NCBI GenBank assembly: GCA_965662235.1
Contig: CBFIGY010000013.1
Location: 11,867-75,866 of the forward strand
Reading direction: 5' to 3'
DNA: 64,000 nucleotides
Source: an uncultured bacterium
GTDB taxonomy: Bacteria; SAR324; NAC60-12
Below are positions 9,171 to 19,122 of the stretch, in pieces. Position 1 is the first letter of the stretch. Each line of letters starts with the position of its first letter. The notes beneath the pieces are model-generated. The model had not been told where the DNA came from, made no database searches, and saw only the letters and a list, made by a program, of their open reading frames with translations. The position numbers and the translations under genes were made by a program.

Positions 9171-10223
9171 TCAGAAGACCGACTGTCCTGTCGAGTCCGG
9201 ACGGGCGATGGCGTCAATGGCCATCTGCATCGTGATGCTTCCCACCACACTTCCCTTCTTGTCCAGAACCGGCACCGGAACATGGCCACTCTTGGCCAGC
9301 TTCGGCAGAGCGTCTTCCAGAGAGGATGTCACGGAAAGCCCGGAAGTGGCTTCTGGTTTGTTGTCGGGGTCCATCACGGCACGGACCAGCAGCACGCGAG
9401 CCCGGTTGATGTCCCGGACGAAGTCGGTGATGTAGTCATCGGCAGGTTTGAGGACGATCTGCTGCACCGTTCCCTGCTGAATCACCTCTCCGTCCCGGAG
9501 GATCGCAATCTTGTCTCCCAGACGCAGGGCCTCATCGAGGTCGTGGGTGATGAAGACAATGGTCTTGTGCAACTCCTCCTGCAGGCCCAACAGAATGCTC
9601 TGCATCTCAGAGCGGATCAGCGGATCCAGAGCGCTGAAGGCCTCGTCCATCAGCAGGATGTCGGCGTCGGTGGTCAACGCCCGGGCCAGGCCCACGCGCT
9701 GCTGCATGCCTCCAGAAAGCTTCGGAGGAAACTGGTCCTCAAAGCCAGACAGGCCCACGCGATCAATCCACTTTTCCGCCCGTCGCTTCCCTTCCTCCTT
9801 GGAGATGCCCTGGATGTCCAGGCCGTACATGACGTTCTCCAGAATGGTCCGGTGCGGCAGCAGAGCAAACTTCTGGAAGACCATGGACGCCCGGTGGCGT
9901 CGGAACTCCCGCAGCTGCTGCTTGCTCATGGAAAGCACCTCTTCGCCTCCGACGGTGATGCTTCCGGAGGTGGGCTCAATGAGGCGGTTGATGTGCCGGA
10001 TCAGGGTGGATTTACCGGAGCCGGACAGGCCCATCACCACCTGGAGGCTGTTGGCCGGCATTTCCAGATTGATGTTGTTCAGGCCGAGCACATGGTTGTG
10101 CTGGTCCAAAAGCTCCTGCTTCCCAATCCCGTCCTTGACCAGAGGCATCACCGACTGAGGGTCGGGGCCAAAGATCTTGTAGAGGTTTTCAATGTTGATG
10201 AGGATTTCGGGGGCCTCAGACAT
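9171..10223 (-). CDS. proV: glycine betaine/proline ABC transporter ATP-binding protein ProV, with C-terminal CBS pair (start at MSEAPEIL, GGGAGG RBS)
   Basis: GLSGSGKST Walker A, LSGGMQQRVGLARAL signature, and tandem CBS-like C-terminus. CAT verified at 10221-10223. Confidence 0.85.
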   Translation of the reverse strand: MSEAPEILINIENLYKIFGPDPQSVMPLVKDGIGKQELLDQHNHVLGLNNINLEMPANSLQVVMGLSGSGKSTLIRHINRLIEPTSGSITVGGEEVLSMSKQQLREFRRHRASMVFQKFALLPHRTILENVMYGLDIQGISKEEGKRRAEKWIDRVGLSGFEDQFPPKLSGGMQQRVGLARALTTDADILLMDEAFSALDPLIRSEMQSILLGLQEELHKTIVFITHDLDEALRLGDKIAILRDGEVIQQGTVQQIVLKPADDYITDFVRDINRARVLLVRAVMDPDNKPEATSGLSVTSSLEDALPKLAKSGHVPVPVLDKKGSVVGSITMQMAIDAIARPDSTGQSVF

Positions 10224-11112
10224 TCGGACCTCCCGCACGGTGCCGCTGCAGGCGTCGTCCGTACTCTTGAGAAACCCGGTCGAAGATGATGGCGAGGGCG
10301 ACAATGGCAATTCCGTTGAACAGCCCGAGCGCCAGGTACTGGTTCGAGATGGCCTTCAGCACGGGCTGTCCCAGTCCTCGAACGCCGATCATCGACGCAA
10401 TCACCACCATGGCCAGGGACATCATGATGGTCTGGTTGATGCCGGCAAAGATGTTCGGAAGCGCCAGCGGAATCTGCACCCCGGTCAGGCGCTGCCACGA
10501 GCTGGCTCCAAAGGCGTCTGCGGCCTCCAGCACCTGCTTGTCCACCAGGCGAATCCCTAGGTTGGTGAGGCGTACAATGGGGGGCAGGGCATAGATCACC
10601 ACGGCCAGCATGCCAGGCACCTTGCCAATGCCGAGCAGCATCACCACCGGAATCAGGTAAACGAAGCTGGGGATGGTCTGCATCACGTCCAGAACCGGTG
10701 TGATGAACGTCTGTGCCCGGTTCGAGCGCGCCATCATCACCCCAATGGGCATCCCCACGACAATGCAGATGAGGGTACACACCGTGATCATGCTCACAGT
10801 GCTCATGGTGTCCTCCCACATGTCCAGGTAACCAATCGCCAGCAGCGCCAGCACGGTTCCAATGGTAATGCGGACACTCCGGCTTCCCAACCAGGCCAGC
10901 CCGGCAGCCACCATCAGGATCAACGGCCAGGGCGCATGGGTGAGCAGGTTTTCCAACCAGATGAGGAATTGAAGGAGGGGGTCAAAGAAGTTCTCGAGGG
11001 CCTCCCCGTAGTGTCGGGAAAAACTCCGGAAGCCCTCGTCAACAACCTTTTTCAGCTGCAACAGGTCCCGGCGTCCCATGGTGGGAAAGCTGAGTAAAAA
11101 GTCAGAGTCCAA
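10216..11112 (-). CDS. proW: glycine betaine/proline ABC transporter permease ProW
   Basis: Multi-TM permease with ProW-like N-terminus. Sits in the proV-proW-proX order. Confidence 0.85.
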   Translation of the reverse strand: MDSDFLLSFPTMGRRDLLQLKKVVDEGFRSFSRHYGEALENFFDPLLQFLIWLENLLTHAPWPLILMVAAGLAWLGSRSVRITIGTVLALLAIGYLDMWEDTMSTVSMITVCTLICIVVGMPIGVMMARSNRAQTFITPVLDVMQTIPSFVYLIPVVMLLGIGKVPGMLAVVIYALPPIVRLTNLGIRLVDKQVLEAADAFGASSWQRLTGVQIPLALPNIFAGINQTIMMSLAMVVIASMIGVRGLGQPVLKAISNQYLALGLFNGIAIVALAIIFDRVSQEYGRRLQRHRAGGPNV

Positions 11113-11201
11113 GTCATTCTCCGTAAGAGGGTTACCTCAGAAGGGCGGTTGAAGGAGAGCCCGCAGGCTCTCCGGTTCACCAATTCTTCAGGAGATTTGG
11201 A

Positions 11202-12242
11202 TCAAAGGGCTCGCTTGACCTTTGCAGCCACGTCGGCCGACACCCAGGAGCTCCACATGGCTTCTTGAGTGGCCAGGAACTCATAGGCGGCATCTTCACC
11301 CGTGGCCTGGTTGGCGTCCATCCACTTCAGCATGCCTCCGAGTTCATCCAACGGAATCTTGCGGGCCTTGATGTACCCCAGCGCGTCAGAGTCGCTTTCC
11401 ATGAAGCGCTTGGTGACCACGGTGTTGACTTCAGACTTCGTCCAGGAGGACGGCTTGGGGTCCATGCACTCGTCTTCGCTCAGGGCGATGCAGTTGTTCC
11501 AGTTGTCTGCGTCGTACGGGGCGTTGAAGTCCACCGGCACCATCGGGTACTTTCCGAGGATCACGGTCGGGGCCCAGTAGTAACCGAGCCACGGCTCCTT
11601 GCGCTCATACGCCTTGGCAATCGATCCGTCCAGACCCGCACCGGAACCGGTGTCCACCAGGCGCCAGCCCTTGTCTTCCATGTCGAAGGCACGGAAGAGG
11701 TTGTTGGTGGCCAACTGACAGCCCCAGCCGGAGGGGCAGGTGTGCAGGGCGCCCTTGCTCGGATCTTCCGGGTGCGGGAAGAGGTCCGGACGCTTCATGA
11801 TGTCCTGCAGGGTCTTCAGCTCGGGGTGGGCTTCGGCAAAGTACTTCGGAATCCACCAGCCCTCACCGGCGCCCACGATCGGAGTCGCGTTCACCACCAT
11901 CAGGCGTCCCTCGCTCTCTGCCTTCTTGAGCGGGTTGCGGACGGCGTTCGCCCACAGCTCCGGAGCAATGTCCGGCTCCCCCTTCTCATCCATGGACGCA
12001 AACGACGTCATGGTCGCGCCAGCAATCAGCTCCACGTCACAGTTGTAGCCTTCCTCAAGAATGATCTTGTCCAGGTTGGCCATGAACTCGGCGGAGGCCC
12101 AGTTCATCTCTGCAATGGTCACCTTGCCACAGGCAGCAAATGCCGAAGGAGCCCAAAAGAGAATCAGCGCGAGGACCATTGGAAAAATGAATCTTTTGTT
12201 AAATCGATTCATTGAGTTCGGGGTGTTCGGAAAATCCGTCAT
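11202..12242 (-). CDS. proX: glycine betaine-binding periplasmic protein ProX (signal peptide)
   Basis: Signal peptide FIFPMVLALILFWAPSAFAACGKVTIAEMNWASAEF. ProX-type substrate-binding fold. Last gene of the proVWX string. Confidence 0.8.
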   Translation of the reverse strand: MTDFPNTPNSMNRFNKRFIFPMVLALILFWAPSAFAACGKVTIAEMNWASAEFMANLDKIILEEGYNCDVELIAGATMTSFASMDEKGEPDIAPELWANAVRNPLKKAESEGRLMVVNATPIVGAGEGWWIPKYFAEAHPELKTLQDIMKRPDLFPHPEDPSKGALHTCPSGWGCQLATNNLFRAFDMEDKGWRLVDTGSGAGLDGSIAKAYERKEPWLGYYWAPTVILGKYPMVPVDFNAPYDADNWNNCIALSEDECMDPKPSSWTKSEVNTVVTKRFMESDSDALGYIKARKIPLDELGGMLKWMDANQATGEDAAYEFLATQEAMWSSWVSADVAAKVKRAL

Positions 12243-12747
12243 TTCAATCCTTTAGTGAAGTTAGCGATGCGACCCCACTCCGTGGTGGCGTCTGGGGACC
12301 AGATGCGAAGAAAGAGGCATAGCGGGAGGGTCCCCTTGCGTTCAAGGCCTTGGGCCTAAAGACCGTCCTGGGTACTGAGCAAATCAAGGAGGTTTCGGGT
12401 ATGCGTGCGAGCATTGGCAACTCACGGAACATCCGCCTCCTTTTCGACACAAGCACGTGCCCCCGGGGGGCTTGCGGACGTGGGTTCTATGCCCTAGAGG
12501 GTATGTAATCTACAGAGCCCCTTGCCTTTTGTCAAATAAGTCACCGATAACGCTGAACTGCAAATTCCTGATTTTGGTTAATTATCCTCAAAAACCATTG
12601 TGACTTCGGTAAGATAGCCCGACTGGGGGGCGCTTGTGTTCGCCCAGAGATTTGATTAGACTGCAAGCGTTTTGATGCGAGCGAGTGAGCTTTTTTGAGG
12701 TCAGTCGCAGCGGTCCTGGTTCTCAACCCTTTAGTCAGAAAGTGGTC

Positions 12748-13392
12748 ATGCGGGTGACCCTGAAAGCGGCGGCCACTCTGGATGGCAAGATTGCCACCGC
12801 CACTGGAGAATCGAAGTGGATCACCGGCCCGGAGGCCCGTCAGTGGGGGCACCATCTGCGGGCAGAGCACGACGCCATTTTGGTGGGCATTGGCACCGTG
12901 TTGGCGGATGATCCGGCGCTGACCACCCGGGGCGTCCCAGGCGGGCGTTCCCCGGCCCGTGTGGTGCTCGACTCGCAGGGTCGCCTACCGGCTCACGCCC
13001 AGGTGCTGGCTCCGGATGGCCTCCCGGTTTGGGTCTTCACTGGCGCCGCTGCACCGCCTTCCCCTTCTCCCCTCCGTCCCCGCCTGCACTGGTGTGCGGC
13101 TCCCACAGCCCGTCCGGAAATCCCGTGGGTGCTTGAGCAGCTGGCCGATGCGGGAATCACCAGCGTTTTGGTCGAAGGCGGTGCCCAGGTTCATGCCGCC
13201 TTCCTAGCCGCCCAACGGGTCCATGAATTAAAACTTTTCCTTGCACCCAAAGTGATTGGGGGGCAAAATGCCTTGTCCTGGTGTGCCGACTGGGGGGTAG
13301 GGGCCCTCGCTGAGACGGAACGCTGGGAAATTAAAGGATCTCGCCTGCTGGGAAAGGACCTTCTGATAGAAGCTTCATATTTGATTTCTTAA
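12748..13392 (+). CDS. RibD C-terminal domain (dihydrofolate-reductase-like) reductase family protein; start at MRVTLKAAATLDGKIA
   Basis: MRVTLKAAATLDGKIATATGESKWITGPEARQ...DAILVGIGTVLADDP...VLVEGGAQVHAAFLAA. Characteristic of the RibD/RibG reductase domain. Confidence 0.65.
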   Translation: MRVTLKAAATLDGKIATATGESKWITGPEARQWGHHLRAEHDAILVGIGTVLADDPALTTRGVPGGRSPARVVLDSQGRLPAHAQVLAPDGLPVWVFTGAAAPPSPSPLRPRLHWCAAPTARPEIPWVLEQLADAGITSVLVEGGAQVHAAFLAAQRVHELKLFLAPKVIGGQNALSWCADWGVGALAETERWEIKGSRLLGKDLLIEASYLIS

Positions 13393-13574
13393 ATAGGTTG
13401 GTAGTTTTGCGAACTGATGGACCGGTTGAGGCCCCGTATCCTGTTCCTCGGCTTTGACCTGAAGCGGTTCTCATTTTTGTCCCTCTCTTCTTTTCCCTTC
13501 TGCAGGTACATTCGAAGTCATTCCGATAAATAACTGATTTCTGAATAAAAAGATCTTTTCCTGAAAAAAGCCCC

Positions 13575-16217
13575 GTGTTCCAAGCGTTGGTTGCGTTTCG
13601 TCCTTCCATTCAGCAGCAACTTTTTTTTCTTGTCGTTGTGGTCAGCGGCGTCCTCTGCTTTGCGATCGGAGGATTGGTGCACTTCCGGACCATTCAGTAC
13701 CTCGAAACGGTGCAGACGGAAGACATGGCTCGGCTTCGCTCCCTTGTGGCTCAGGACATTGGTCGATTCTTTGAACAGCACCACCACCCGAACCTTCAGG
13801 TGGGCCTGCCCACTCCCGCCTCACTGACGAAAGCAGGCAACCCGCAGAACCGTCTGCTGCTTCCGGAAACCAACCCCACTGACCCACTGAAACAGTGGGA
13901 AGCGTTCAACGAGTTTGAGACCACGCTGCTGCTCAACCAGCCCGAGGTCGCCCAGGCCCTCAAGCTGGCGCAGCGCGGAGAAAGTCTGCTCATCAAGACC
14001 AGTGTTCCCTCGCAGCCCTTGACCTTCTACCTTCATGTCTTCCGGGACGTTGGCCGCCAGAGCAACCACCTTGGTCTCTACGCCTTCTATCCCTCCGACC
14101 TGACTCGCATCCTCCAAGAGCACCTCAACTTTGAACGTCAGGACAACGGGCTGGTGTTCTGGCTCCGGGACGCTCAGGGGCATCCGCTGGCCTATGCCGC
14201 CGACCCTGGAGAGTTTCATGAATCGACCCCGACGCTTCCGCCCCTTTCGACCTCGGTGAACCTGTTGATTGGGGAGACCCCGATTCAGGTTCCGGGCAGC
14301 ACCTGGACCCTGACCACTGTCCGGGACCGCTCCGAGATCCTAGAACAGGCCTGGGAAATGGTGGCTCCGCTCTGGGGACTGCTCGTTTTTGTCTTCCTCG
14401 TCTTTGCCAGCGGAGGTTTCTTCCTTTCCCGAAAGATTGGCGTCAGCGTCAAAAAGGTGGTGGCCCAGGCAGAACGCCTGTCTGCGGGACGTTACCTCAC
14501 CCCTCAGGATCAGCCCCTGACGCGCCAGAATGAACTCGACGCCATCTGTCAGGCCCTGCTGCAGATCTCCGAGGGGTTGCAGGTGATGGAACACGAAGCC
14601 ACCCGCTTCATTGACGGCGAGGCCACCCGGATTGTCCAACCGCGTTCCTGCGAGGACAGCATGGCCTCCACCTTCAACCGCATGATTGAGGTCATTCACC
14701 AACGAGAAGCCCGGCTGAAGGAACAGGGGGAGCTGAACGAAACCATCCTCAACTCCCTCACCGAGGCCATCTTCATTGTCCGCCCCGATGGACAGATTCA
14801 ACGCGCCAACCCCGTGGGCGCCTCCTGGCTCGAGGGGGCTCCCCACGACGGACCGCAAAACCTGATGAACCTCTTTGCCGATGAACAGGCGCTGCATGAT
14901 CAGGTTCTCAAGCAGGTGCAGCATCAGCTGGAACTCCTTCAGGCGCAACCGGACGCGTTTCAGCAGACTCTGGAGGCCATCCCCCTCCCCATTGTCGGCA
15001 TCGCCCCAGACAGTTCCATTCAGTTGACAAACAGCCGCTTCCTCCAGGCGACCGGCTACCCCGATGGCCTGCAGCAGCAGCCCTTTAGCACCCTTCTGCC
15101 CCCGGCGCTGCAAGGCAAGCATGATCAGTTTGTCCAAGAGTTCTTTGAGTCCCACCAGACGCGTTCCATGGGGCAGGGCATTCGCTTCCCCATCGTTACC
15201 GCCGGTGGCGTCACCCGGCACTTCGAGGTCGCCCTCATCTCGCTGCATAGCCATCGCCCCCTTGCCTTGGCGTTCCTCGCGGACCCTGCCACGCAGGAAC
15301 GTTGGGAGATCTTCCGACTCGTTTTCTTCTCCAGCCTCTTTGAGAAAACCGAGAGCCAGCGCATCCACCGGCTGCAGAAATCCAGCGGAGAAGTCCTTCC
15401 GGTCCTCATCTCCTCTGCGCTTCTCAACGATTCCTCCGGAACCATCACCGGTGCGGTTGTGGCCATGCGGGACCTGACGAGCTTCCAAAAGGTTCAGCGT
15501 CAGCTTCAGCAGTCAGCCAAACTGGCCTCGCTTGGTGAAATGGCCACCGGAGTGGCGCATGAGATCAACCAGCCCCTGACCTTCATCAATGGCGTCCTCT
15601 TCGACCTGGTGGAAGACCTCAGCGAAGGCGTGACGCTGGATCCGGAACCGACGCTGCTGGACCTCAAGGAGAGTCAACGTCAGGTGCAGCGCATCACCCA
15701 GATCATTCAGCACATGCGTCTGTTTGGACGGCACCACTCCGATGCCCGCCACGCCGTCACCCTGAGCGACATTGTCAACAACGCGCTCCTGCTGCTGGGC
15801 AAGAGCCTCCGGAACGCCAACATTGAAGTGGAGGTTGTGCTGCCTGAGGAGGAGGTGCTGGTGCAGGCCAACCCGATCCAGATGGAGCAGGTCCTCATCA
15901 ACCTCCTGCAGAACGTTGTGGACGCCATGACGGAGCTGACCACGCCACGCGAGCAGAAGGTCCGGATTGAGCTCAAGCGGGTGCGCAACAGTGGGGTGCT
16001 GACCCTTGAAGACAACGGCCCCGGCATTCCGGAAGACGTTCAGGAACGCATCTTCGACCCCTTCTTCACCACCAAGGGCCCCAGCAAGGGAACCGGACTG
16101 GGCCTTTCCATCTCCCTCGGCATCATTGAGGCGCACGGTGGGAACCTCCAGTGTCGTTCTCAGGAAGGCACCGGGACCACTTTTGAAATCACCCTTCCCC
16201 TGGGTTTTGAGTCATGA
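13575..16217 (+). CDS. membrane sensor histidine kinase with periplasmic domain, HAMP, PAS repeats, HisKA and HATPase (GTG start)
   Basis: Two TM segments flank a periplasmic region of about 230 aa. H-box [12 protein letters not shown] and G-box LEDNGPGIP...GTGLGLSIS are present. Confidence 0.85.
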   Translation: MFQALVAFRPSIQQQLFFLVVVVSGVLCFAIGGLVHFRTIQYLETVQTEDMARLRSLVAQDIGRFFEQHHHPNLQVGLPTPASLTKAGNPQNRLLLPETNPTDPLKQWEAFNEFETTLLLNQPEVAQALKLAQRGESLLIKTSVPSQPLTFYLHVFRDVGRQSNHLGLYAFYPSDLTRILQEHLNFERQDNGLVFWLRDAQGHPLAYAADPGEFHESTPTLPPLSTSVNLLIGETPIQVPGSTWTLTTVRDRSEILEQAWEMVAPLWGLLVFVFLVFASGGFFLSRKIGVSVKKVVAQAERLSAGRYLTPQDQPLTRQNELDAICQALLQISEGLQVMEHEATRFIDGEATRIVQPRSCEDSMASTFNRMIEVIHQREARLKEQGELNETILNSLTEAIFIVRPDGQIQRANPVGASWLEGAPHDGPQNLMNLFADEQALHDQVLKQVQHQLELLQAQPDAFQQTLEAIPLPIVGIAPDSSIQLTNSRFLQATGYPDGLQQQPFSTLLPPALQGKHDQFVQEFFESHQTRSMGQGIRFPIVTAGGVTRHFEVALISLHSHRPLALAFLADPATQERWEIFRLVFFSSLFEKTESQRIHRLQKSSGEVLPVLISSALLNDSSGTITGAVVAMRDLTSFQKVQRQLQQSAKLASLGEMATGVAHEINQPLTFINGVLFDLVEDLSEGVTLDPEPTLLDLKESQRQVQRITQIIQHMRLFGRHHSDARHAVTLSDIVNNALLLLGKSLRNANIEVEVVLPEEEVLVQANPIQMEQVLINLLQNVVDAMTELTTPREQKVRIELKRVRNSGVLTLEDNGPGIPEDVQERIFDPFFTTKGPSKGTGLGLSISLGIIEAHGGNLQCRSQEGTGTTFEITLPLGFES

Positions 16218-17938
16218 CGTCTTCCCCTCCCAAGGTGCTGATCATTGATGATGAGCCACTGGTGCGCCGTACCATTGAGCGCGCCCTCCGGAACCTTGAG
16301 GTGCAGCTGCACGCCGCAGAGGATGGGGAGGCCGGGCTTGAGCAGATTCAGACGCTGGCGCCGGATGTGGTGGTTCTGGACCTACGCATGCCCGTCATGG
16401 ACGGTCTGCAGGTGCTGAAGCAGCTGGAGCTCCGCGCCGACTCTCCTCTCAATGTCATTGTCCTCACCGGACATGGCGATGACGATGAGCTCCGGGAGTG
16501 CTACGCCCTGGGCGCCCGGGCCTTCCTCAAGAAGCCCTTCAATCCCATTGAGATGCGGGCGCTGGTGCAGCAAAGCCTCGCCGTCCTGCACGCCCAGCAG
16601 GCCCTGCTGGAGGTCAATCAGCAGCTGGAGCAACGGGTGCTGGAACGGACCCGCGACCTGAACCAGCTCAATGACGCCTTTCGGCGCTTTGTCCCTCGGC
16701 AGTACCTGGAACGGGCCGAGGCGTCTGAGATGGAGGTCTTCCGGCCTGGGCACTTCCATGTGGAGCCGATGACGGTGCTGTTCCTCGACCTCCGGGACTT
16801 CACCAATCTGACGGAACCCCTCACGCCACTGGAGACGTTGGAGTTCCTCAACCGCTTCTTCGGCCTCCTGGTTCCTGTGATTGAGGCACACGATGGTTTT
16901 GTGGACAAGTTCATGGGCGATGGCCTGATGGCCCTGTTCGACCGGGAGGAAGGAGCCGCACATGCCGTGCAGGCAGCGTTGCAGATGCATGAGCAGCTGC
17001 AGCTCCACAATGCCGAGCGTGAGAGCCTGCAGCAGCGTCCGCTGCGGTTTGGAGTGGGCATTCACACCGGACTTGTGGTGGTGGGCACCATTGGATCCGA
17101 GTCCCGCCTCGACTCCACGGCCATCGGCGACACCATCAACTCTGCATCCCGCCTGGAGCAGCTGACCAAGCAGTACGGCAGCTGGCTGCTCATCACCGAA
17201 ACCACCCGCAAGGGGTTGGATCCACAGCACTTCCAGACCCGGATGGTGGACTGCATCCGCTTCCGGGGCAAACGCAACCCGCTCCGCATCTACGAGGTCT
17301 TTGACCACCTCAGCCGACCCGCACAGGACCTCCGGCACCAGCAGGCTCCGCTCTTCAACGAGGGCATGGCGCTCTATCAGCAAGGACAGTTTGAGCAGGC
17401 CCTAGAGGCCTTTGAACGTTGCCTGGCCGTGGATCCGGAGGACACGATTGTGGTGGAGTACCTCCGCCGCTGCCACACCTTCCTCAAGTACCCTCCGGAG
17501 CACTGGGAAGGGATCATGGACGCCAGCGACGAGCTGCTGCAACGGGCCCGACGCCGCACCGCCCCCCGGCTTCCCTTCATGATCCCAGCCTCTGTGCAGC
17601 GGAGCCCTCAACACGTCGTCTCCGCCCAAACCCTCGACCTCTCCCGCTACGGTCTGCGGCTTGCGTTGGAGGAAGCGGCCGGCATCGGCGAGATCCTCAT
17701 GGTCCGGATTGACCCCGATCACCTGCAGATGGAGCTGGGGCTGGGTCGTCCCTTTGAGATGCTCTCACAGGTGGCCTGGACCCGAGAGGCCCCCAGTGAG
17801 GCTCCAACGCTGCCCTGGCAGATTGGAGTGGAGTTTGTCACCCTCGATCCGGAGCAGGAGATCTGGCTCAACCGCGTCCTCATCAACCTCTCCGAAAACG
17901 CGCCTCCTTCCCCCTCTTCCGGAGTGGCTCATGCCTAA
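16214..17938 (+). CDS. response-regulator receiver + class III adenylate/guanylate cyclase + TPR-like segment + C-terminal PilZ-like domain
   Basis: REC motifs: VLIIDDEP, VVVLDLRMP, LTGHGD, LKKPF. CHD motifs: LFLDLRDFT...FVDKFMGDGLMALF...IGDTINSASRLE. C-terminus: RRRTAPRLPF (RxxxR) ... DLSRYGLRL (DxSxxG). The ATGA overlaps the upstream HK stop. Confidence 0.75.
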   Translation: MTSSPPKVLIIDDEPLVRRTIERALRNLEVQLHAAEDGEAGLEQIQTLAPDVVVLDLRMPVMDGLQVLKQLELRADSPLNVIVLTGHGDDDELRECYALGARAFLKKPFNPIEMRALVQQSLAVLHAQQALLEVNQQLEQRVLERTRDLNQLNDAFRRFVPRQYLERAEASEMEVFRPGHFHVEPMTVLFLDLRDFTNLTEPLTPLETLEFLNRFFGLLVPVIEAHDGFVDKFMGDGLMALFDREEGAAHAVQAALQMHEQLQLHNAERESLQQRPLRFGVGIHTGLVVVGTIGSESRLDSTAIGDTINSASRLEQLTKQYGSWLLITETTRKGLDPQHFQTRMVDCIRFRGKRNPLRIYEVFDHLSRPAQDLRHQQAPLFNEGMALYQQGQFEQALEAFERCLAVDPEDTIVVEYLRRCHTFLKYPPEHWEGIMDASDELLQRARRRTAPRLPFMIPASVQRSPQHVVSAQTLDLSRYGLRLALEEAAGIGEILMVRIDPDHLQMELGLGRPFEMLSQVAWTREAPSEAPTLPWQIGVEFVTLDPEQEIWLNRVLINLSENAPPSPSSGVAHA

Positions 17939-19067
17939 GAATCGCATCCTTCTTGTCGATGATGAGCGCATTGTGCGCGACACGGTCCGCCGAGCCCTGC
18001 GTCATGAGACGGTAGACGTGGCAGAAGCCGAAAACGGTCAAGAGGCCGCCACCCTCATTGAAAGCTGGAAGCCTGAGGTCATCTTCCTCGACCTGCGCAT
18101 GCCGGTGCTGGATGGCCTGGGGCTGCTTCGGCAACTGCACCTCACCTCTGACTCCCCCTTTCAGGTGATTGTCCTCACCGGACACGGAGACGATGACGAG
18201 CTCAAGGCGTGTTACGACCTAGGCGTCCGGGCCTTTCTCCGCAAGCCCTTCAACCGGATTGAGATCCGGTCCCTCATGCACCAGAGCCTCGCCTTCCTGA
18301 AGTCCCAGCGCCAGCTGCAGCTGGCCCTCTCGCTGCGTTCCGAGCAGTTGGAGCAAGCCGAGGCCGAGCTCTTTCAGGCCTCCAAGCTGACCCTCTTGGG
18401 GGAGTTTACAGCAAGCATGGTGGAAGACATCAGTCAGCCGCTGGGCCTCATCAGCCTCGCAGTGGAGAGCGGACGTCGGGCGCTGGAGCAGCAGAACTGG
18501 GACCGGATGGAACGGGTGATCGGACGTCTGGAGCAGGGAACCCAAAGCACGGTCGACCTCCTCAACCGCATGCGCGCCTTTGGTCAGCAGAAGCTGGAGT
18601 CCCCCTACCCCCTCCGGCTCAATGACGTCCTCAGGCAGGCCCTAGAATCCATGCAGCAGCCCCTGGAAGAGGCCCAGATTGAGCTCCACCTGGACCTGCA
18701 GCGTGACCTTCCCGAGGTGCATGCCGTGTCCGGACAGCTGGTGCAGGTCTTCACCCACCTGCTGCTCAATGCCAAGGAGGCACTCAGTCAAAAGCCAGCA
18801 ACCGCTCCCCGGACCCTCCACCTGAAGACCTGGAGCACCCCCACCGACATCAGGGCTTCTGTCCGAGACAACGGGGGCGGCATTCCGGAAGACCTCCTCC
18901 CTCACCTGTTTGAAACCCTCTACACCACCCCGGACAAGCAGGTTGGTGCCGGACTTGGACTCTCCATCAGCAAACGCTTGCTCGGACTTTATGAGGCTGA
19001 TATCATAATTAACAATTATCCCAATGAGGGAGCTGAATTTCTCCTCACGTTCCCTCTCAAATCCTGA
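17931..19067 (+). CDS. hybrid response regulator-histidine kinase (N-terminal REC, then HisKA/HATPase)
   Basis: MPKNRILLVDDERIV...IFLDLRMP...LTGHGDD...LRKPF, then coiled-coil and HATPase RDNGGGIPEDLLPHLFE...GAGLGLSIS. ATG at 17931 verified. Confidence 0.8.
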   Translation: MPKNRILLVDDERIVRDTVRRALRHETVDVAEAENGQEAATLIESWKPEVIFLDLRMPVLDGLGLLRQLHLTSDSPFQVIVLTGHGDDDELKACYDLGVRAFLRKPFNRIEIRSLMHQSLAFLKSQRQLQLALSLRSEQLEQAEAELFQASKLTLLGEFTASMVEDISQPLGLISLAVESGRRALEQQNWDRMERVIGRLEQGTQSTVDLLNRMRAFGQQKLESPYPLRLNDVLRQALESMQQPLEEAQIELHLDLQRDLPEVHAVSGQLVQVFTHLLLNAKEALSQKPATAPRTLHLKTWSTPTDIRASVRDNGGGIPEDLLPHLFETLYTTPDKQVGAGLGLSISKRLLGLYEADIIINNYPNEGAEFLLTFPLKS

Positions 19068-19122
19068 ATCTCCCGTCCCCAGCTCCTTCTGGAAGGAACC
19101 CCCACTTGTGGATGCACTTGTC

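Noticed and set aside
12600-12700. FMN riboswitch upstream of the RibD-like gene
   Set aside because: Only a short CTTCGG/CCCGAC resemblance. The conserved 3' half of the RFN aptamer is not recognisable. Kept as a low-interest finding only.
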